A stretch of DNA of 64,000 nucleotides from Terrimicrobiaceae bacterium (GTDB lineage Bacteria > Verrucomicrobiota > Verrucomicrobiia > Chthoniobacterales > Terrimicrobiaceae). Shown here one piece after another: positions 58,922-64,000 of this stretch; positions within the stretch are counted from its first letter, which is position 1; every line of letters starts with the position of its first letter. The notes under the pieces were generated by a model that did no database searches, was not told the origin of the DNA, and saw nothing but the letters and a program-made list of their open reading frames with translations. The translations under genes were made by a program, and so were the position numbers. The DNA lies in NCBI GenBank assembly GCA_041752695.1, contig JBGSVZ010000027.1, positions 80,119 to 144,118 of the forward strand, written 5' to 3'.

Positions 58922-60547
58922 ATGAAATCCGACGCCGCCACCGTGAGCCGGTTCCGCCAGCTCGCCGACTCCTACTTCGCCGAATCGCACGAACGTTTTC
59001 CCGAACACGCCAGCCGGCTCGGCCTCGCGGAATTTAACGCCCGCCTCGGGCTCAACGATTCCGCCACGCACCGCATCCACATCAAGGCCACCGAGGCCGC
59101 CCTTGCCGAAGCCGAGAACCAGCCCGAGGCCGCCTTCCGCGGCGACGACTGGCTCGACCGCCGGACGTTCCTCGCCATGTTGCGCACCGACCTCCTTCAG
59201 ACGCGCGACCTGCAACGCTGGCGCGTCAATCCGCAAGGCCCCTGCGACACCGCCGTCGATGCAATTTTTGACCTGCTCGTCCGCCACACAGAGAACCTGC
59301 CGTCCGTCCTCCCCGCGATGGAAGCCCGTCTGGAAAAAATCCCCGACTACCTCGCCGCCGGTGCCGAGGGCATCCGCCAGCCGGTCCCGCTCTGGACGAA
59401 ACTGGCGCGGAAATCCTGCGAAGGCGCGGTGACGTTTCTGCAAGAAGTCGAACCCGAACTCCTTGCCGCCTCGAAGACTCCCGAACGCACCAAGTCCGCC
59501 CTGGCCTCTGCCGCCCGCGCGTTCGAGCGGTATGCCGCCGTCATTGGCCGCAAGACCCCCGGCCCGCAACGCGGGTATTGCATCGGCCGCGCTCACTTCG
59601 AATTCCTCATGCGCGAACGCCTCGGCTTCGACATCAGCCTGCCCGAGGCCCGTGCCAATGGCCACCGGCTCGTTGCGGAAATGACCCAACTCCTTGAGGC
59701 CGAAGCCCGACGTCTGGGCGGGAAAAGTGCCCGCGCCGTCCTCGAGGAAGCTGCCGCCTCCTGGACCCCGGACCGCCCCCTCATCGACGAATACCGCATC
59801 GCAACTTTGACGCTAAAAAAGAAACTGCGCTCCCTCGGCATCGCGACCCTGCCGCGTGGCGAGACCCTCCAGGTACTGCCGACGCCCCCGTTTCTGCGTC
59901 ACCAATTTCCCACCGCCGCCTACAACGCACCGCCGCCCTTTTCGCCAAAACAGGAAGGGATATTTTGGGTCAACGACCTCAGCCTCGGCGTGACCGATGA
60001 AAAAAAACGCCTCGCCGAGGTCCGCCAGCATTTTGGGCTGGAACTGACCAGCGCGCACGAAGGCTATCCGGGCCACCACCTGCAGTTTGCCATCCAAAAC
60101 CAGCACCGCAGCAAACTCCGCCGCCTGGCGGGGCATTCCATCTATTACGAAGGCTGGACCATGTGGTGCGAAAAGATGGCGGTGGAACGCGGCCTCACCG
60201 CAAACCGGTTTGCCCGCCTCCAGCAGATCCACGACGCCCTCTGGCGCGCCTACCGGATCATCATTGATTGTGGTCTGCACGACGGGACCCTCGATTACGC
60301 CGGCGCCTGCAAAGTCCTGATGGACGGCGTACATTTCACCAAGGCCCGCGCCGGTGGTGACGTGAATTGGTACACCAGCTCCCCCACCGTCCCCATGAGC
60401 TACCTCCTCGGACGCCTGGAAGTGGAGAAACTGTTCCAGCGGTTTGTGGTCCGGGAATCCTGGTCGTTAAAAAAATTCAACGACTGGATGCTCAGCCACG
60501 GCGCGATCCCCTGGAGCTGGATCGTCCAGGCGCACGACTCGCCATAG
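58922..60547 (+). CDS. DUF885 family protein (putative metallopeptidase)
   Basis: HEGYPGHHLQ, EGW, RIIIDCGLH, SYLLG. Confidence 0.9.
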   Translation: MKSDAATVSRFRQLADSYFAESHERFPEHASRLGLAEFNARLGLNDSATHRIHIKATEAALAEAENQPEAAFRGDDWLDRRTFLAMLRTDLLQTRDLQRWRVNPQGPCDTAVDAIFDLLVRHTENLPSVLPAMEARLEKIPDYLAAGAEGIRQPVPLWTKLARKSCEGAVTFLQEVEPELLAASKTPERTKSALASAARAFERYAAVIGRKTPGPQRGYCIGRAHFEFLMRERLGFDISLPEARANGHRLVAEMTQLLEAEARRLGGKSARAVLEEAAASWTPDRPLIDEYRIATLTLKKKLRSLGIATLPRGETLQVLPTPPFLRHQFPTAAYNAPPPFSPKQEGIFWVNDLSLGVTDEKKRLAEVRQHFGLELTSAHEGYPGHHLQFAIQNQHRSKLRRLAGHSIYYEGWTMWCEKMAVERGLTANRFARLQQIHDALWRAYRIIIDCGLHDGTLDYAGACKVLMDGVHFTKARAGGDVNWYTSSPTVPMSYLLGRLEVEKLFQRFVVRESWSLKKFNDWMLSHGAIPWSWIVQAHDSP

Positions 60548-60630
60548 CCGCTTCGCGGACGACTTTCGCAGAGTTTTTTGGCGCATCACAGACAAGCAGC
60601 CCAGCCTGCCGCAGGGTTGGAGTTCACGCT

Positions 60631-61131
60631 TTAGTGTGCCTTCAACGCTCGCACCGCTTCCCACATGGCTTGTCGCGGACTCCGCATGCCCAGATAGGAA
60701 AGCGGGCAGTCATTCATGGCATCGTGCAACTCCACAAAAAGCTCGTCTGTCAGCGGCGGCAGATTGTCGCGCAGATGGCAGCACACCATGAAGATCAATT
60801 CGTTTTGACTGCCAATCACCCGCTTGTCGCCTCTTTTCACGAACTCCACGTCCTCACGCGAGGGTCTTCCGGGTAGTTCCACTTTTTCAAAAAATTGATC
60901 CATCGTGCCGTGAAACCCGTTCATCACCTCCGCCAGGGTCTTTCCCCCGGCGGTCGGCACGAGATACGAAAAGAGCGTCTGCTCATCCGTGAAGACGGCG
61001 AACCGTCCAAATCCTCTCACCACGAAGGTTTCCGCGGACCAACTGAGAAATGGTCCCGGCTGGGCAGGCCGCCTTTCGGTGCGGTTACACCCAAAGGCGC
61101 GTTCAAATTTATCGGAAGCCCGGATCAGCAT
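60631..61131 (-). CDS. Hypothetical protein (DUF6933-like)
   Basis: WSAETF...FTDEQTLFSYL, DKRVIGSQNEL, MNDCPLS; family recall uncertain. Confidence 0.65.
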   Translation of the reverse strand: MLIRASDKFERAFGCNRTERRPAQPGPFLSWSAETFVVRGFGRFAVFTDEQTLFSYLVPTAGGKTLAEVMNGFHGTMDQFFEKVELPGRPSREDVEFVKRGDKRVIGSQNELIFMVCCHLRDNLPPLTDELFVELHDAMNDCPLSYLGMRSPRQAMWEAVRALKAH

Positions 61132-61228
61132 GAGAGGAGTATGGCCCATAATCCCGAATCAGACACCGGGAACCATTCGGATGAATCCTAAGGATCCAGT
61201 AATCCCCTCGCGGACTCCGGGGCTAACC

Positions 61229-61435
61229 TCAGCCCTTCGGCCGTTTCATCACGGCCATCACATAATTTGTGGGGCCGTTCGCCCTTTGGATGCCGGTGAC
61301 AGAAACCAGCTCCCAACCCGCCGCGCCGAACGCATTGAGGTGTTTGCCAAATTGGGCATCGTCAAAATCCGTGCCGGTGAGAAACGGGGTCTTCGTCGGC
61401 AGCTTCAGCACGGTGTATTCCCATTGAGGGTGCAT
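61229..61435 (-). CDS. DUF4177 family small protein
   Basis: WEYTV...LNAFGAAGWELVSV...MKRP. Confidence 0.85.
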   Translation of the reverse strand: MHPQWEYTVLKLPTKTPFLTGTDFDDAQFGKHLNAFGAAGWELVSVTGIQRANGPTNYVMAVMKRPKG

Positions 61436-61489
61436 GGTCCGGGATCCTGCCGGGAAATTCCCGCAAGGGCAACGTCGGAGCCTAACCTA

Positions 61490-61514
61490 ACAGAAGGACA
61501 CGAAGGGAACGAAG
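61490..61514 (+). repeat. 25-bp intergenic repeat, copy 3
   Basis: ACAGAAGGACACGAAGGGAACGAAG. Confidence 0.7.
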
Positions 61515-61582
61515 AAACTGCGTCCGGGTGAGACGCCGAGCCGCCCGTTGGAGTCCACGCTTTAGCGTGTCCGGGTTCGCCT

Positions 61583-61656
61583 GGAGGGTCTTGCGCCGTC
61601 AAAACCTGCCCGCCCAATGGAGAGCTCCGCGCCGTCGGAGCCGAAGCGTTGCCCTC
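61583..61656 (+). repeat. ~74-bp direct repeat, left of the TA module
   Basis: GGAGGGTCTTGCGCCGTCAAAACCT...GCTCCGCGCCGTCGGAGCC...CCCTC; second copy at 62321-62394. Confidence 0.7.
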
Positions 61657-61749
61657 AAAACGGATTGGCCGCAAAAGCTAAATCCCAAACGGATCCACGG
61701 GAGGAATCACCCCAAATGACACCGGGGGAGGACGATAACGCCTTCGGCC

Positions 61750-62058
61750 TCACAGTCGCCAGCGCCAATGCCTGTCGTGGCGTGCGGCGTGGAGCACGGC
61801 GGCGACGATAACGACACGGCTCGCTTCCGACACCTCGTAAATGATCCGATAGGGGAAGCGCTCAGGATATCGCCAGTGGATGTCCTTGGTAGGGTGCCGG
61901 CGGCTGCCCAATCGGGGGTTCTCCGCCAACTCATCGAGTACACAGAGAACTTCCCCAACAAACTCTTTTCCGAGTCCTTCACGACGGGAGTCGTACCAGT
62001 TTGCAGCTTCAATCAGGTCGTCGCCAGCCTCCGGCCGCACCACCACCCGCCACGCCAT
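61750..62058 (-). CDS. RelE/ParE family toxin
   Basis: AGDDLIEAANWY...GLG, RFPYRIIY, IVAAVLHAAR. Confidence 0.9.
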   Translation of the reverse strand: MAWRVVVRPEAGDDLIEAANWYDSRREGLGKEFVGEVLCVLDELAENPRLGSRRHPTKDIHWRYPERFPYRIIYEVSEASRVVIVAAVLHAARHDRHWRWRL

Positions 62059-62264
62059 CAACGCGACCTCAACCGATTTTTCATCTCCTCCAGAGACAGC
62101 GAGGATGATGGGGCGGCGTGATGAGCAGCCAAACGCGATTCCACCGTGGCAAGTTCCGCCGCGGAGATGGGATCATCATCCAGTTCGAGCGCCCGGCGAA
62201 CCAGAAGCTGCCTCTGCTCGACAGTCAGCCCGGGAAGTTCCTCCATCACCTGGGTAAAGCTCAT
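62058..62264 (-). CDS. Addiction-module antitoxin (TIGR02574-like)
   Basis: LTVEQRQLLV...ESRLAAH...SLEEMK; TGATG coupling to the toxin. Confidence 0.85.
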   Translation of the reverse strand: MSFTQVMEELPGLTVEQRQLLVRRALELDDDPISAAELATVESRLAAHHAAPSSSLSLEEMKNRLRSR

Positions 62265-62320
62265 GCCGGAGAGTGTGACAGACTTCCGGGGTTCGTTCAA
62301 CCTCGGGATTCGCGCTCTCC

Positions 62321-62394
62321 GGAGGTCTTGCGCCGTCACAACCTACGCGCCCACCTCAAGGGCTCCGCGACGTCGGAGCCAAGGCTTTACCCTC
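62321..62394 (+). repeat. ~74-bp direct repeat, right of the TA module
   Basis: GGAGGTCTTGCGCCGTCACAACCT...GCTCCGCGACGTCGGAGCC...CCCTC. Confidence 0.7.
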
Positions 62395-62889
62395 TCCGGA
62401 AAGAATGGCCGAAGAAAGGCGCAGAAATCGCAAAATGAGTGATCCCGCATAGCAGGAGCAGGGCCCTGTTGGAGTCCGCGCTTCAGCGTGTCCGGGATGG
62501 ACTTGGGGAGGATTCGAAAAATTAACCGCAAAGAGCAAAGAACACAGAGAAAAAGGGCGTTCACCGAAAGTTCATGGCTTTCCCTTTGTGACCCGTTCTT
62601 TGCGGTTCCTTCAGTCTTTCGGCCCCCACTCTCCCCCTGCGTCCGGAAATTCGCAAACTCCCCAACGCCACGGAGCTCCAAGTCGCCGAATGACTCGGCT
62701 TTGGCAAGGCCCTCAGGGAGACCAGCGTGATCCTCTCCATGGCCCGCACCGCAGAGAAACACCGCGACAACATTTCCCGCAATCTCGGCTTTCATTCCCG
62801 CGTCGAATTCCTAGTCCACGCCTTCGTTGAAGCCTCTGCGGGAGGGAGGGCGAGGTGGGTTGATGGAGGTGCGCAGTCCGTGCCAACTT

Positions 62890-62915
62890 GACTCATAGTC
62901 CAACGACTTGTCGTT
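62890..62915 (+). promoter_or_regulatory. C-box (controller protein double operator)
   Basis: GACT-CAT-AGTC-caac-GACT-TGT-CGTT ending about 24 nt before the XRE ATG; matches the GACTnnnAGTC C-box arrangement. Confidence 0.7.
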
Positions 62916-62938
62916 CATGTTCAGGCAGTCTCGCAAAT

Positions 62939-63172
62939 ATGGCGAAGCCGCCCCTCACCAGACCGCTTGCAACTTTTGGGCTTAATGTGCGCAAACGTCG
63001 GGAATTTTTATCTCAGACGCAGATAGAAACCGCTGAACGCGCGGATCTTGACCCAACCTATATCAGTGGCATTGAGAGGGGGGTGCGGAATCCTAGCCTC
63101 ACGAGCATTGTTCGGCTCGCCAAGGCTTTAGATATATCCGTCTCTGCGCTTTGCGACGGGGTTGCTGGATGA
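62939..63172 (+). CDS. XRE-family HTH regulator (R-M controller C-protein-like)
   Basis: FGLNVRKRR...TYISGIERGVRNPSL. Confidence 0.88.
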   Translation: MAKPPLTRPLATFGLNVRKRREFLSQTQIETAERADLDPTYISGIERGVRNPSLTSIVRLAKALDISVSALCDGVAG

Positions 63173-63196
63173 AAAATTTAACGAGCTTGGTTTTTT

Positions 63197-63863
63197 ATGG
63201 AGTGGCGGTTTAAACAGCTCACCCCCAATGACACACTCCAAAATGCTGCGCATTTGGAGTTTTTCCACAACGAGGCTCTTCACTCAGCCGTGGATGCACT
63301 TGCTCGCGAAGATATTCAGAATCGATTGGATGCTCGTGCGAGAAATGAACCACGTGTGGAAGTTCGATACCGCCTTTGCGGGCCGGTTGCTCCCGGCACT
63401 CACGATGAATGGTTTCATGGCCTTGCTCCTCATCTGGCATCGTCTCAAACCAAAGCGGACCTAGGTTTTCAGCCGTCGCTGCAACGACCACTGCAATGGC
63501 TGGTCATCGAAGACTTTGCGACCACGGGATTAGAGGGCGACCCGCTCTGTTTTCAGGATCCTGTTGGGTTAGTGCCGCAACGGAATGATTTTTTCTGGTT
63601 CATCCGAAATGTAGGGCGATCCGGCAAGAAGGGTGGAGATCGGGGACGCTGGGGATTGGGAAAAATTGTATATCCCGCTGCGTCCAAAGTGCGGAGCTTC
63701 TTCGCCTACGCCGTGCGCCGCAGCGATTCAGCACGTCTCCTCATCGGTCGGTCTGTTCTCGCTGTGCATAGTGTGGGCAATCAAAATCATGACTCCGAGG
63801 GCTATTTTGGGAGATTTGACGACTCAGAGTTCAATTACTTTGCCACTCCTGAAACCGAACCTA
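63197..63863 (+). pseudogene. GHKL/HATPase-fold protein N-terminal part, interrupted by an IS630 insertion
   Basis: REDIQNRLDA, IEDFATTGL, GRWGLGK Bergerat-fold motifs; the reading frame runs into the IS end at TA 63862-63863. Confidence 0.7.
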
Positions 63864-64000
63864 GTGTGCTGGTTTGGAAATAGCTATACAATATTCTGCT
63901 TCTGGACTGCAGCTCTGGCTCGCTGGATTTTTTCCAAGATCGCTTGTCCCTCCGCTCTCCAGACGTAACGCTTGGGAGAGAGATCGCGTTCTTTGAGATA
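63862..64000 (-). mobile_element. IS630-family insertion sequence, right end (transposase C-terminus at 63884-64000)
   Basis: Minus-strand YLKERDLSPKRYVWRAEGQAILEKIQRARAAVQKQNIV*, followed by an ...ACACTAG terminus with a TA target. Confidence 0.75.

Noticed and set aside
60548..62880. Integron cassette array of small co-oriented genes
   Set aside because: No convincing RYYYAAC...GTTRRRY attC pairs and no integrase; the repeats look REP-like.
62870..62885. Possible minus-strand sigma54 promoter TGGCACGGACTGCGCA
   Set aside because: Weak -12 element and no clear downstream transcript.

Overview
GC-rich bacterial chromosomal segment; gene set and repeat style suggest Verrucomicrobia/PVC (inference). 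It holds mostly housekeeping and metabolic genes: msrA, cdd, an amino-acid ABC transporter, pcm, can, truA, mnmG, fcl, deoB, pdp, kdsD, efp, PPi-PFK and htpG. Standout observations: (1) a visibly lower-GC island (~40.0-48.1 kb) with two translationally coupled genes, a 1908-aa protein ending in an intact STAND-type P-loop NTPase and a 631-aa protein with a degenerate STAND-like N-terminus and a C-terminal RNxxxH HEPN-like motif, a candidate undescribed anti-phage/conflict system; (2) two tandem ~60-nt unannotated small RNAs upstream of htpG, each with its own sigma54 promoter, G-rich loop and covarying terminator stem; (3) a perfect parS palindrome beside a candidate oriC (DnaA-box-like sites plus a DnaA-trio-like run) with no dnaA nearby; (4) an AmpC-fold hydrolase with four beta-repeats inserted at the omega-loop position; (5) a stand-alone subtilase prodomain, a His-less HisKA_3-like protein, and a stand-alone OvoA-type methyltransferase paired with a TPMT; (6) at the right edge, a C-box/C-protein-controlled GHKL ATPase gene cut by an IS630 element. 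Several REP-like repeat families are present. No CRISPR array, rRNA or tRNA was seen. All family calls come from motif recognition by eye, not database searches.
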